From positions 16,837 to 80,836 of the forward strand of contig DASYJD010000054.1 of assembly GCA_035996875.1 (NCBI GenBank): 64,000 bases of DNA. Direction: 5' to 3'. The translations under genes and the position numbers were made by a program. The notes under the pieces are model-generated. The model was not told the DNA's origin. It saw only the letters and a list, made by a program, of their open reading frames with translations, and made no database searches. Shown in pieces: positions 53,773 through 63,702 of this stretch; position 1 is the stretch's first letter; every line of letters begins with the position of its first letter. This DNA is from Thermoanaerobaculia bacterium. Its GTDB lineage: Bacteria > Acidobacteriota > Thermoanaerobaculia > Multivoradales > UBA5704.

Positions 53773-55905
53773 TCACCCGAACCGGGCGTAGAAGCCGCCG
53801 GCCTCGGCCGTCCGGCGCAGCTCGTCGGAGGGCTGGAACCGGTCACCCACGGAGCTCTCCAGCCGCTCCAGCGTGGCAATGATCTGACCCAGGCCCTCCT
53901 GGTCCGCCCAGCGGCAGAGGCCGCCGCGGAAAGGCGGAAAGCCGGTGCCGAAGATGAGCGCCAGGTCGACGTCGGAGGCGTTCCTCGCCACCTTCTCCTC
54001 CAGGCAGCGCGCGGCCTCGTTGACCATGGGGAGCACCATACGGTCGGCAATGAGCTCCGGGTCCGGGTTTTCCACCGTCGGATGGAGGCCCAGCAGGGTG
54101 TAGAGGCTGGGGTCCGGCCCCCTGCGCTCCTTCCCTTCATAGAGATAGAAGCCCTTGCCGTTCTTGGTGCCCAGCCGGCCGGACCCCGGCACCTTGTCGA
54201 GCCAGGCCGGCACCGGCAGGCGGCCACCGAAGGCATTGCGCAGGATGTGGGCCACCTTGGTGGCCACGTCGATGCCCACCTCGTCGGTGAGGGTGATGGG
54301 GCCCACCGGCATGCCCCAGTCGGACATCGTGCGGTCCAGATCCTCCATCTTGTACCCCTCGTCCAATAGCCAGAGGGCCTCGGTGGAGTAGAACATCAGC
54401 AGCCGGTTGACGAGGAAACCGGGCGTATCGCTCACCAGGATGGGCGTCTTGCCGAGCTTGCGGGTGTAGGCGAAGACGGTGTTCACCGCCACCGGATCCG
54501 AGCCCTCGGGGGCGATGACCTCCACCAGCGGCATCTTGCCCACCGGATTGAAGAAGTGCATGCCCACCACCCGGCCGCGCTCCGGAGTCTTGGCACCGAT
54601 GCCGGCGATGGAGAGCGACGAGGTGTTGGAGGCGAGGACGGTGTCCGCCCGCACGTGCTTCGCCGTCTCGGCGAAGACGTCCTGCTTCACCCCGAGGTTC
54701 TCGACGATGGCCTCGATCACCAGATCGGCTCGCGCGAAGCCCGAGAAGTCGAGTGTGGGGAGGAGCAGCGCCATCTTGCGTTTCGACTCCGGGATGCTCA
54801 GTCGGCGGCGCTTCACCTGCTTGTCGAACAGCTCGGCGGCGTGCATCATGCCGGCCGCCAGGGCCTCGTCGCGCACGTCCTTCATGCGCACCGGAAGATT
54901 GGTCTTGTCGGCGATGAGCTGGGCGATGCCGCCGCCCATGACGCCCGCTCCCAGCACCGCCGTGGACTTGATCTTGCGCGGCTCGGCGCCGGGCAGGCCG
55001 GCCTCCTTCTTGGCGTTCTCGGTCAGGTGGAAGACGTGAAGCAGGTTCTTCGAGATCTTCGAGGTCGCCAACTCCGACACCGCCCGCGCCTCGGCGTCGA
55101 AGCCCGCCTTGACGCCCTGCTCGATGCCCACCCGCACCACCTCGATGGCCCGCAGGGGCGCCGGATAGTGCCCGCGGCTCTGCTCCAAGGTCTTCTTGCG
55201 CGCCTGGTCGAAGAGGATCTTCCGGCCCACGGGGTTCTTTTCGAGGAGCATCTCCTTGAAGTCCGTCCCCGCTTCGTCACGATGCTTGCTGCCGAGGTGC
55301 GCGAGAGCGAAGTTCCGCACCTCGTCGAGGAACCGCACATCCGGCAGCAGGGCGTCGACGAGACCGAGCTTGAGGGCCTTGCGGCCGTCCACGGTCCTGC
55401 CGGTGAGGATGAGGTCCAGCGCGTCGGCGATGCCGATCAGGCGCGGCAGGCGGGTGGAGCCACCCCAGCCGGGGAGGATGCCGAGCTGCACCTCGGGAAG
55501 CCCCAGCTTGGTGTCCGGCCGGTCGGATGCCACGCGAAAGGTGGAGGCGAGGGAGATTTCGAGGCCGCCGCCCAGGCAGACGCCGCGGATGGCGGCGACG
55601 GTGGGGAAGGGCAGCGCCTCCCAGGCCGCGAACAGGCGATGGCCCACCCGTGAGCCAGCCTCCGCCTCGACCGGATCGGTCACCCGGGCGATCTCGTCCA
55701 CGTCGGCACCGGCGATGAAGCCCGCGGGCTTGCCTGAAAGCAGGACCAGGCAGCCGATGTCCTGCCGTCCGGCCAGCTCCTGCAGCACCGTCTCCAGCTC
55801 CTGCAGGGCCGTGCGGGTGAAGACATTGAGCTTCTTCTCCGGCGAATCGAACGTCAGGGTTGCCAGCCGGTCGGCGCCGACCTCGAGATGGAAGTTGGAT
55901 GCCAT
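53773..55905 (-). CDS. fadJ: Fatty acid oxidation complex alpha subunit (enoyl-CoA hydratase / 3-hydroxyacyl-CoA dehydrogenase)
   Basis: FIAGAD, LGGGLE, LPEVQLG, VLGAGVMGGGIA, ASNTSSL, GMHFFNP, GTGFPPFRGG. Confidence 0.9.
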   Translation of the reverse strand: MASNFHLEVGADRLATLTFDSPEKKLNVFTRTALQELETVLQELAGRQDIGCLVLLSGKPAGFIAGADVDEIARVTDPVEAEAGSRVGHRLFAAWEALPFPTVAAIRGVCLGGGLEISLASTFRVASDRPDTKLGLPEVQLGILPGWGGSTRLPRLIGIADALDLILTGRTVDGRKALKLGLVDALLPDVRFLDEVRNFALAHLGSKHRDEAGTDFKEMLLEKNPVGRKILFDQARKKTLEQSRGHYPAPLRAIEVVRVGIEQGVKAGFDAEARAVSELATSKISKNLLHVFHLTENAKKEAGLPGAEPRKIKSTAVLGAGVMGGGIAQLIADKTNLPVRMKDVRDEALAAGMMHAAELFDKQVKRRRLSIPESKRKMALLLPTLDFSGFARADLVIEAIVENLGVKQDVFAETAKHVRADTVLASNTSSLSIAGIGAKTPERGRVVGMHFFNPVGKMPLVEVIAPEGSDPVAVNTVFAYTRKLGKTPILVSDTPGFLVNRLLMFYSTEALWLLDEGYKMEDLDRTMSDWGMPVGPITLTDEVGIDVATKVAHILRNAFGGRLPVPAWLDKVPGSGRLGTKNGKGFYLYEGKERRGPDPSLYTLLGLHPTVENPDPELIADRMVLPMVNEAARCLEEKVARNASDVDLALIFGTGFPPFRGGLCRWADQEGLGQIIATLERLESSVGDRFQPSDELRRTAEAGGFYARFG

Positions 55906-55911
55906 GGTCCC

Positions 55912-57696
55912 CTACCCCCCGTGCTTGTCCGCCTCGGCGTACAGCCGGTCGATGACCTCGCCGTATTTCTCGTTGATCACCCGGCGCTTGACCTTCTGGG
56001 TGGGCGTCAGCTCGCCGGTCTCCAGCGTGAACTCGTTGGGCAGCAACTCCCAGGCGACAATCTTCTCGAAGCCCGCGAGGCCGGCGTTGACGTTCTTCAC
56101 CTCCTGCTCGATGAGCACTCGCACCTTCGGATCGCTCACCAGCGTCTCGGGCTTCCCGGCCATGCCTTGCCTCTCCGCCCAGCCCTTGAGGGCATCGAAG
56201 TCCGGCACCAGCAGGGCCGCGAGGAACTTCCGGCGATCGCCGAGCACCACCGCCTGGCTGATGTAGCGGCTGTTCTTCAGCGCGTTCTCGATCGGCGCCG
56301 GCGCCACGTTCTTGCCGTAGGCGTTGATGATCAGCTCCTTCTTGCGGTCGGTGATCCGCAGGAAGCCTTCGGTGTCGATCTCGCCGATGTCGCCGGTGTG
56401 GAACCAGCCTTCGGCGTCGATCACCTCCGCCGTCTCCTTCTCCATGCCCCAATAGCCCTTCATGATGTTGGGGCCCTTGGCCAGGATCTCGCCGTCGTCG
56501 GCGATCTGCACCTCGACGCCGGGGATCGGCTTGCCCACCGTGCCCATCTTCACCGCGTCTTTGCTGTTGACGGAGATCACCGGCGAGGTCTCGGAGAGGC
56601 CGTAGCCCTCGTAAATCGGAACGCCCGCGCCCCAGAAGAACTCGGCGAGCTCGCGCGACAGCGGCGCGCCGCCGGAGATGGCGAAGACGAAGCGGCCGCC
56701 CAGCCGGTCATGGATTTTCTTGAACACCAGCTTGTCGGCCAGGCCGAGCTGAATGCCGAGCCAGCCCGGCGGGCTCTGGTGCTTGAGCCGGTAGGCCAGG
56801 GCTTGACGCCCCACGGCCACGGCCCAGTTGAACAGCCTCTGGCGGATGGGGGAGAGCTGCGCCGCGTTCTCCTGAATCCGCCCCAGCAGCTTCTCGTAGA
56901 CCCGCGGCACCGAGACGAAGACGTGCGGCTTGACCTCCTGAAGGTTCTGCGCCACCAAGGCCACAGACTCGGCATAGGCGATGGTGCAGCCGGTGAGGAA
57001 GTAGCAGTAGTCGACCAGCCGCTCGAAGGAGTGGGAGAGCGGCAGGAAGGTGAGCGCCGTGTAGCGCCCGTCGAGGTTCAGCACCGTGAGCCCCGAGACG
57101 ACGTTCGAGGCGATGTTCTCGTGGGTGAGCATGACGCCCTTGGGCGTTCCCGTGGTGCCGCTGGTGTAGATGAAGGTCGCGAGGTCGCCCGGCTTGACGG
57201 CACGAGCCCGCCGCTCGAAGTCCTCCGCGTCCACGCCGGCCCCGCGGGCGATCAGCGAGTCGAGGGTAATCACTCGCGGGTCGCTCGACTCCCCCTTGAT
57301 GAGGACGAACTGCTTGACGTCCGGAAGCTTGTAGGTCAGCAGACCCTCCAGATGCTTCGGGGTCTCGGCGACCACCACTTTGGCGCCGCAGTTGCCGGCG
57401 ATGTAGCCGGCCTGATCGGGCAGCAGCGTGGGATAGATGGGCACCAGCACGGCGCCGATGCACAGCGTGGCGAAGTCCACCGTCGGCCAATGGGGGCCAT
57501 TCTCCGACATCAGCGCCACGCGGTCGCCGGGCTCGACGCCGATCTCGCGGAGGGCCTTTGATAGCCGCCGTACGCGGTCCACCAGCTCCGCCGTCGATAT
57601 CGGCTGGAAGGTGCCGCCGATCTTCGAGAGCAGGCAGTCCGGCTTGTTGTAGCTCGCCGCCTTCAGGAACAGCTCCGACAAGGTTCTCACCGACAT
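55912..57696 (-). CDS. Long-chain fatty acid-CoA ligase
   Basis: YTSGTTGTPKG, YEGYGLSET, WFHTGD, ITDRKK, TPTQKVKR. Confidence 0.93.
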   Translation of the reverse strand: MSVRTLSELFLKAASYNKPDCLLSKIGGTFQPISTAELVDRVRRLSKALREIGVEPGDRVALMSENGPHWPTVDFATLCIGAVLVPIYPTLLPDQAGYIAGNCGAKVVVAETPKHLEGLLTYKLPDVKQFVLIKGESSDPRVITLDSLIARGAGVDAEDFERRARAVKPGDLATFIYTSGTTGTPKGVMLTHENIASNVVSGLTVLNLDGRYTALTFLPLSHSFERLVDYCYFLTGCTIAYAESVALVAQNLQEVKPHVFVSVPRVYEKLLGRIQENAAQLSPIRQRLFNWAVAVGRQALAYRLKHQSPPGWLGIQLGLADKLVFKKIHDRLGGRFVFAISGGAPLSRELAEFFWGAGVPIYEGYGLSETSPVISVNSKDAVKMGTVGKPIPGVEVQIADDGEILAKGPNIMKGYWGMEKETAEVIDAEGWFHTGDIGEIDTEGFLRITDRKKELIINAYGKNVAPAPIENALKNSRYISQAVVLGDRRKFLAALLVPDFDALKGWAERQGMAGKPETLVSDPKVRVLIEQEVKNVNAGLAGFEKIVAWELLPNEFTLETGELTPTQKVKRRVINEKYGEVIDRLYAEADKHGG

Positions 57697-57877
57697 TTAA
57701 CCCTCCCGCTCCGGTTGCGCCGGCATTGTATCGCACGGGGCCGAGGGCGAAGCTGTGAGACTGGGCGGAGAAGTTACCCCCTAGCGCAAGTTTACCGTCC
57801 GGAGCAACCTTTCTCCCATGGGGAAGGGCTCATCCGGCATTCCGCCGGCTCCCGAGGCCCTCCCCGGAGGAGTCACC

Positions 57878-58165
57878 ATGACTTCGTATCAGTCTCTTCG
57901 CATTGGACTTGTCGCCGCCCTGCTGGTCGTTCTGCTGGCTGTCGCCGCCGTGCCGGTCAACGGCCAGCCGGTCCATTCCTTCCGCCAGCAGGCCGTCCAC
58001 GTTGCCGGATTCGGTGACCGGCTCTGGAATCTCCTGGTTAACCTGTTGCCGCGCGCCTGGCAGAAGGAGGGCATGTCGATCGATCCCAACGGCAGCAGGA
58101 ACGCTGTCAACCCTAACCCTCCCGTCCTGCCGAACGAGGGCGTGACGATCGATCCGAACGGATAG
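57878..58165 (+). CDS. Small secreted precursor-like protein (95 aa) with two EGxxIDPNG repeats
   Basis: GGAGGAG RBS; signal peptide RIGLVAALLVVLLAVAA; KEGMSIDPNG and NEGVTIDPNG, the latter ending at the stop codon. Confidence 0.75.
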   Translation: MTSYQSLRIGLVAALLVVLLAVAAVPVNGQPVHSFRQQAVHVAGFGDRLWNLLVNLLPRAWQKEGMSIDPNGSRNAVNPNPPVLPNEGVTIDPNG

Positions 58166-58178
58166 ACCTAGAGAAAGG

Positions 58179-58208
58179 GGGGCCGGAGCGATCCGGCCCC
58201 TAGTTTTT
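58179..58208 (+). terminator. Intrinsic terminator after the peptide gene
   Basis: GGGGCCGGA-GCGA-TCCGGCCCC hairpin followed by TAGTTTTT. Confidence 0.75.
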
Positions 58209-58297
58209 CCCCATGAGGTGTCACGAAAGAGTACATTCGTGAGACTATGTTGCTTGAGACGGTATCGATTCGAGCTGCTCAGATTGGGAGGTTCGGC

Positions 58298-59569
58298 TTG
58301 GAAGACGCGCATCTGTCGCTGGAGACGTTGGCGAAGTGGCTGTCGGGCGGGTTGGAGCATGAGGATGTGCTGCGATTGGTAATCCCGCATTTCCTGGAGC
58401 GCTGTCCGGCGTGCCGGGAGCGGCGCGAGGAGATCGCGCGCTTGCAGAAGGAAGTGGGCCATTGGAACGAAGAAGTCGTCGTCTTCGAAGGACGGGAGGC
58501 GCCGGAGCTGTGGGCACGGTTGGCGGAGCGCCCTTACGCGGAGCAACTCCAGATGGTGGAGGAGGACGAAGAGCTCCATACCTGGGGTCTCTGCCAGCTC
58601 CTGCTCAAGAAGAGCCGGGAGGCGGTTTTCAGCGATCCGGGCAAGGCCGTGGAACTGGCCAATCTGGCGCTACGCGTCGTCCGCCATCTCGGGGAAGCCT
58701 ACGATTCCAACTGGGTGCGGGATCTACGGGCTCGTTGTTTTGCCTACCTCGGCAACGCCCGCCGGGTCCTGGGTGAGTTGCGCAGCGCCGACGACGCCTT
58801 CGTCAAGGCGGAGCGATGCCTGGCGCTCAGCTCCAGCGGCAATCCGGAGGTGCAGGTGGAGATCCTGGACCTGAAGAGCTCGCTTCGGCGCGCCCAGCGC
58901 CGGCTGGACGAGGCTCTTGAGTTGGCGGATCGCGCTCTGGCGCTTTATCGGGAGCTTGGGGACTGGCATGGCCTTGGAAAGGCGCTGCTACAGAAGGCCA
59001 AGATCTTGGAGCAGGCGGAAGAATTCGATCATGCCGCGCAGGTCCTCGTACAGTCTGCTGAAGAGCTCGATCCCAAAAGCGAGCCCAAGTTGTTCTTATA
59101 CAGTCGCTTCAACCTCGCCGTCTGCCTTCTCCAATCGGGCCAGCCTGCTGAGGCTGAGCGGCTTCTTCCCGAGCTACGCGTGCTCCTTGAGAAAAGCTCG
59201 CAGCCTCTGGATCTCGTGCGCCTCCGGTGGGTCGAGGGAAACGTCCATCTATCTCTCGGCCGGCGCGGCCCCGCCGAAGCCGCCTTCCGCGAGGTTCAGC
59301 GCGAGTTCCTGGAGCGCCACATGGGCTATGACGCGGCGCTCGTGTCGCTCGACCTCGCCCTGCTCTACGCCCAGGAAAACTGCACGGCGGACCTGAAGAG
59401 GCTGGCCGCCGAGCTGATGCCCATCTTCGAATCGCGCGACGTCCACCGCGAAGCCATCGTCGCCCTCCTCATGTTCCAGCGCGCCTGCGAGGAGGAGAAG
59501 CTCACTGTGGATCTGGTGCGGAAGTTCGCGGAGTATCTACGCCGGGAGCGGCGGGAGGGTGGGATGTGA
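58298..59569 (+). CDS. Cytoplasmic TPR protein with N-terminal zinc-finger-like (ZAS-like) motif
   Basis: GGGAGG RBS then TTG at 58298 (the track starts at 58247); HLSLETLAKWL...HFLERCPAC; TPRs (AYLGNARRV, FNLAVCL, YDAALVSLDLA). No signal peptide or TM. Confidence 0.85.
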   Translation: MEDAHLSLETLAKWLSGGLEHEDVLRLVIPHFLERCPACRERREEIARLQKEVGHWNEEVVVFEGREAPELWARLAERPYAEQLQMVEEDEELHTWGLCQLLLKKSREAVFSDPGKAVELANLALRVVRHLGEAYDSNWVRDLRARCFAYLGNARRVLGELRSADDAFVKAERCLALSSSGNPEVQVEILDLKSSLRRAQRRLDEALELADRALALYRELGDWHGLGKALLQKAKILEQAEEFDHAAQVLVQSAEELDPKSEPKLFLYSRFNLAVCLLQSGQPAEAERLLPELRVLLEKSSQPLDLVRLRWVEGNVHLSLGRRGPAEAAFREVQREFLERHMGYDAALVSLDLALLYAQENCTADLKRLAAELMPIFESRDVHREAIVALLMFQRACEEEKLTVDLVRKFAEYLRRERREGGM

Positions 59570-60331
59570 ATCATCAATATCGCCGAACGAAGGTGGTAGA
59601 GACGTCCCTGCCCGTTGCACGATGACCATCGCAGGCCAACAACGTCGGGACGTCTCCGAAGCGGCGAGAGCGGTCCAAACGTTTACAATCGCTGGGCGTC
59701 TCGACGTCACCGGGATCGTAATCAATAGGTTGGGAAATCGGGGAATCTGAATCGAGCCCGCCAACAGGTTTTAAGATCGGGACCTGCCTCCCCGCCTCGG
59801 GTCGTTGTTGGCCTGCGGTCGCTATCGTGAACGGGCTGGAACGTCTCTACGACCTCCGGCGGAGGTTTTCGTAACGCGTCAGGATGCGAGCAGAATCCAG
59901 CCCGATCGGCAAATCCCTGCGGACGACGCGATACCGCTGGGAGGGTGGGATGTGAATCCATCAATATCGCCGACCGAAGGTGGTAGAGACGTCCCTGCCC
60001 GTTTCACGATGACCATCGCAGGCCAACAACGTCGGGACGTCTCCGAAGCGGCGAGAGCGGTCTAAACGTTTACATCGCTGGGCGTCTCGACGTCACCGGG
60101 ATCGTAATCGATAGGTTGGGAAATCGGGAATCTGAATCGAGCCCGCCGGCCGGTTTTGGAGACCGGGAACGGCCTCTCCGTCTCGAAGACGTTCCGCCGT
60201 TGTTGGCCTGCGGTCGATATCGTGAACGGGCTGGAACGTCTCTACGACCTTCGGCGGAGGTTTTCGTAACGCGTCAGGATGCGCAGAATCCAGCCCGATC
60301 GGCAAATCCGGCGGACAACACGACACCGCTG
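59554..60331. repeat. Tandem duplication of a ~385-bp unit containing a GTAG-ended REPIN-like element
   Basis: Units at 59554-59938 and 59939-60331. Each has ~50-nt inverted arms GTAGAGACGTCCCTGCCCGTT...GCAGGCCAACAACG / CGTTGTTGGCCTGC...AACGGGCTGGAACGTCTCTAC (59596-59850 and 59983-60245). Confidence 0.88.
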
Positions 60332-60334
60332 CCA

Positions 60335-60517
60335 GCCACTGTAGAGACGCCTCGCGGGGAACCCCGCGGGGCGTCTCTTCGGAGCCATACCCTCACAGCC
60401 ATCTGGAAGGTTTGGACACTGACCGAATGTGCGCCCCAAACCGTTTCGATTACGGGGAGGGCGACGCTTCGCCGGAGACGCCCCACGGGGTACCCCGTGG
60501 GGCGTCTCTACAGTGGC
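60335..60517. repeat. Inverted doublet of family B REPs
   Basis: GCCACTGTAGAGACGC... and ...GCGTCTCTACAGTGGC are exact inverted ends. Each arm is itself palindromic. Confidence 0.85.
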
Positions 60518-60645
60518 GGCCGCATCTCAGGGGATGGGAGGACTACGCGGCCCTGTACGAGGTGATCGACCCGGAGACTTGGTAGAAGGGAAGGGCTGGC
60601 CTTTCGACCAGCCCTCTCCAATCAGGTGGGACGGAATCCAGCAGC

Positions 60646-62175
60646 CTACTTCCGGGTACGGACCTTGACCACGTTGCTCAACCCCATCGTCTTTCCTGCC
60701 GAATCGATCGCGGTGAGACGGAGGGAGTAAGTGGTGTTGGCCTTGAAACCTCCCACGAGCGTGCCCGTCGGCTCCGGCGACACCGTGCCCAATGGCATGA
60801 AGGTTCCTTTTTGCTGGCACTCGATTCGGAGAGCCATGGTCTCCTCGGGCATATTCGCCCAACGGATCTGGATCTGTGTCCGCGAGGCCGGCGTCGCTGT
60901 GAGCTTGAGAGGCGCCGAGGCCGGCGGCGGCGGCGGCGGCGGCGGAGGGGGAGTCGCCGGCCGGAAGCTGCCGTCACCATAGACCACCGAGGCCGCCAGC
61001 CGGTCGTCGTCGGAGAGCCGCGCCCCCCGGCCGTCGTTGTGGGCCGTTGCTCTCATGACGGCCTGGTCGTCCAGGGAATGGCCGAAGCCCAGACTGTGCC
61101 CCAGCTCGTGAGCGAACACCTCCTCGAGGCCTGAGGGATTGTTGGCGAAGTAGCACTCCGCGCCGTCATTGATCACCACGTTGCCCTCCACCGCTTCGTG
61201 ATAGCTCTTGCCTCGATAGCTGCGGGTATCGGTGTAGTAAAAGGGTCCGCCCAGGCCCAGCAGGCCGCCGGTCCCACATTGGAGGGTGCCGGGAATGTCG
61301 TTCCCTGGATCGTTGAAGATCACGGCGTTGACGCCATCGGGCGTATGCAGGCCACCTTTGGCCGTGGTCGAGCCGGAGTAGTTGTAGCGGATCGTGCTCG
61401 TCGGATCATTACTCCAGGCAGCGAGCGCCGCCTGCAGCCGCGCCACCGACTGCTCTGGGCCGAGTCCCGGCTGGCCGCCGGGATCCATCCGCCAACTGGC
61501 GCTGCCACCGGAATCGAATTTGAACCACCGGATCGGCACACCGTCGGTAGCATTGATCTCAGTGTATTTTTCATAAGGTTTTGACGGAGCTTCGGCCGGC
61601 GCCGCCCGCCAGTAGTCCGCAGCACGCCGGAGTCCCGCAGCCCGGTCCGCGATCCACGCCGTGAAGCGTTCGAGGTCGCGAACGCCTGGCTCTTCGGGCT
61701 CGGTCCCCTCGGTGCGCTGCAGACGGTGTGCTTCCGAAAGGTCGCGAACGGCCATCACGGCTTTTCCCGACCGCTGGGCATGGAACGCTCCCAGCATCAG
61801 GTGAAGGATGCGAAGGTTTCCGTCCGGACCGTGCTCGAGAAAGAGCAGAGCTTGATCGCCGGGCTGAAACTCGGGAGCTCCCCAGATCTTCAGACCCAGG
61901 CCGTCCGCGCGGACGCCTCCGGGCACCCGCACCACCACGGTCGAGCCCGGGAGATCGCCTTTCATCACCTCCTCCACTTCGACCAGGTAGTCCGTCGATG
62001 GCATGCCGGAGACCGGCCCCGGCTCGACGCTCACGATCTTCACCCGGCTCACCACGGCGGCCTGATCCGAAAGGTCGCCATCCGAAATGGAAAGGTAGGT
62101 GGTGGCCGAAGCCGCCGAAGCACCCAGCAGCAGAAAGAAAATCCATGCAAAACTAGCAAGTCTCGTTGCGGTCAT
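60646..62175 (-). CDS. Secreted matrixin/M10-like metalloprotease with prodomain and Fn3-like tail
   Basis: Signal peptide; HELGHSLGFGH zinc motif; AVM Met-turn; Pro linker; FKANTTYSLRLTA. Confidence 0.85.
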   Translation of the reverse strand: MTATRLASFAWIFFLLLGASAASATTYLSISDGDLSDQAAVVSRVKIVSVEPGPVSGMPSTDYLVEVEEVMKGDLPGSTVVVRVPGGVRADGLGLKIWGAPEFQPGDQALLFLEHGPDGNLRILHLMLGAFHAQRSGKAVMAVRDLSEAHRLQRTEGTEPEEPGVRDLERFTAWIADRAAGLRRAADYWRAAPAEAPSKPYEKYTEINATDGVPIRWFKFDSGGSASWRMDPGGQPGLGPEQSVARLQAALAAWSNDPTSTIRYNYSGSTTAKGGLHTPDGVNAVIFNDPGNDIPGTLQCGTGGLLGLGGPFYYTDTRSYRGKSYHEAVEGNVVINDGAECYFANNPSGLEEVFAHELGHSLGFGHSLDDQAVMRATAHNDGRGARLSDDDRLAASVVYGDGSFRPATPPPPPPPPPPASAPLKLTATPASRTQIQIRWANMPEETMALRIECQQKGTFMPLGTVSPEPTGTLVGGFKANTTYSLRLTAIDSAGKTMGLSNVVKVRTRK

Positions 62176-62436
62176 GGGCCCTCTCCTTTTCGAAGCCAAC
62201 TCGTACCAGGATTTTCCCGTCTTGCCGGCAGCTCAGTGCAAGGCCAATGCCTGAATTGAAACCTTTAATTCTGGACGGAGCGCGCGTTTTCGATCCAGAG
62301 TTTGGACACGACGTCCAGACCATGGATACCGACCGGTCGGAGGTCGGAAGGTTTTCGGTCCGCGGCGGCGGAGAGAGACGAGGGGAGTGTAAGGGAAGGT
62401 TTTCGCCGGGCTCGGCGATGCTGCTCTACGGTGTTC

Positions 62437-63471
62437 TCAATGCCGCGAGGTTGCCAGTCGGCCCCAGCGGCCGGCGCGCTGGCCTCGCCGTCGCGAACGG
62501 CCCCGGCCGGGCCAGCGCTCGGCGCGCTGGGCCGGCACCTGCGAGTCGGAGCCTGCGCTCTCGGACTTCCGGGAACGCTTGCCGGCGTTCGCCGTCTTCA
62601 CGCGGTACATCGCCGCGTCGGCGGCGCGCAGCAGATCGGAGAAGCTCAGGCCCTGCTCGGGATACAAGGCGAAGCCGATGCTCGCGCCCAAGCGGATCTC
62701 CCGTCCCTCGATCGAGACCGGGAGCAGGAAGGCGGAACGATAGGCCTCCACCGTGGCCTCGGCTTCCGCGGCATTCATCCCGGGCAGGAAAGCGGCGAAC
62801 TCATCCCCTCCCAGCCGCGCCAGCAAACCCGGCGACGGCGTTTTCGCGGCGAGCCGCGCCGCGATCTGGCGTAGCGCGAGGTCCCCGGCGTGATGGCCAT
62901 AGGTATCGTTGATGGCCTTGAAGCCATCGAGATCGATGGCGACCACCACGGCCGAGCGGCCGCTACGCCGGGCCGCCGCCAGCACCTGGACGGCGTGGCT
63001 CTCGATCCGGCGGCGATTGGCCAAGCCGGTCAGAGGGTCCTGGTGTGCCTGGCGAAGGATCGCCTGCTCACGCAGCTTGCCGCCGGTCACATCGACGTGA
63101 GTGACGACCGCACCGCCCGGAACCGCGGTCAAAGGGGTTGCCGTCAGGACGAACCAGTGCCGCTCCTTGGGCGAGTGGCAGGCGTACTCCTGCTGGAAAT
63201 GGTCGCAGGTTCCTTCCAGGACGGCGCGTAGCCCCTCGAGCACCTGCCGCGCCTCGTCGCAGCTCTGGCCGGCGTGCACCGAGGCCCGGCGGCAGACCTC
63301 CAGGTAATTGACGCCGAAGCTCGTGGGCTTGGTGCTGCCGTTCTCGCGGCCGAAACGCTCCCAGGCCTCGTTGACCATCAGGATGATCCCGTGCCGATCC
63401 AGGACGGCGATCTGTTCTGTCATGGCGTCCAGGACCTGCTGGAGCCAGCGCTCGCCAGATCTTCCATTCAC
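62437..63471 (-). CDS. PAS-GGDEF diguanylate cyclase
   Basis: IAVLDRHGIILMVNEAW (PAS); DPLTGLANRR, DLDGFKAINDTYGH, RLGGDEF. PSPG occupies the RxxD I-site position. Confidence 0.9.
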   Translation of the reverse strand: MNGRSGERWLQQVLDAMTEQIAVLDRHGIILMVNEAWERFGRENGSTKPTSFGVNYLEVCRRASVHAGQSCDEARQVLEGLRAVLEGTCDHFQQEYACHSPKERHWFVLTATPLTAVPGGAVVTHVDVTGGKLREQAILRQAHQDPLTGLANRRRIESHAVQVLAAARRSGRSAVVVAIDLDGFKAINDTYGHHAGDLALRQIAARLAAKTPSPGLLARLGGDEFAAFLPGMNAAEAEATVEAYRSAFLLPVSIEGREIRLGASIGFALYPEQGLSFSDLLRAADAAMYRVKTANAGKRSRKSESAGSDSQVPAQRAERWPGRGRSRRRGQRAGRWGRLATSRH

Positions 63472-63702
63472 GGGAAACTCATCCTCCTCTTCGTCGTCTG
63501 AGATCTGGAGAGCAAGCGAAGTGCCAGTGGCGTTTCCCCTCGCAGCCGCTCCGGCGCCAACGAGCCGAGCCGTCCGGTGTCCAGACGAATCTTCCAGATT
63601 CTGGACGAGCGCTCGCGGTCTCTCCTTTCTGGACGAGGCGTTTTCCGCTGGCGCAGCCTTTGCTCTTACCGGCTGCGGGATTCATTGCGAAAGGAGCTGT
63701 CC

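Noticed and set aside
29119-57696. Separation of fadI from fadJ and the acyl-CoA ligase
   Set aside because: Split beta-oxidation loci are common. Nothing unusual is visible.
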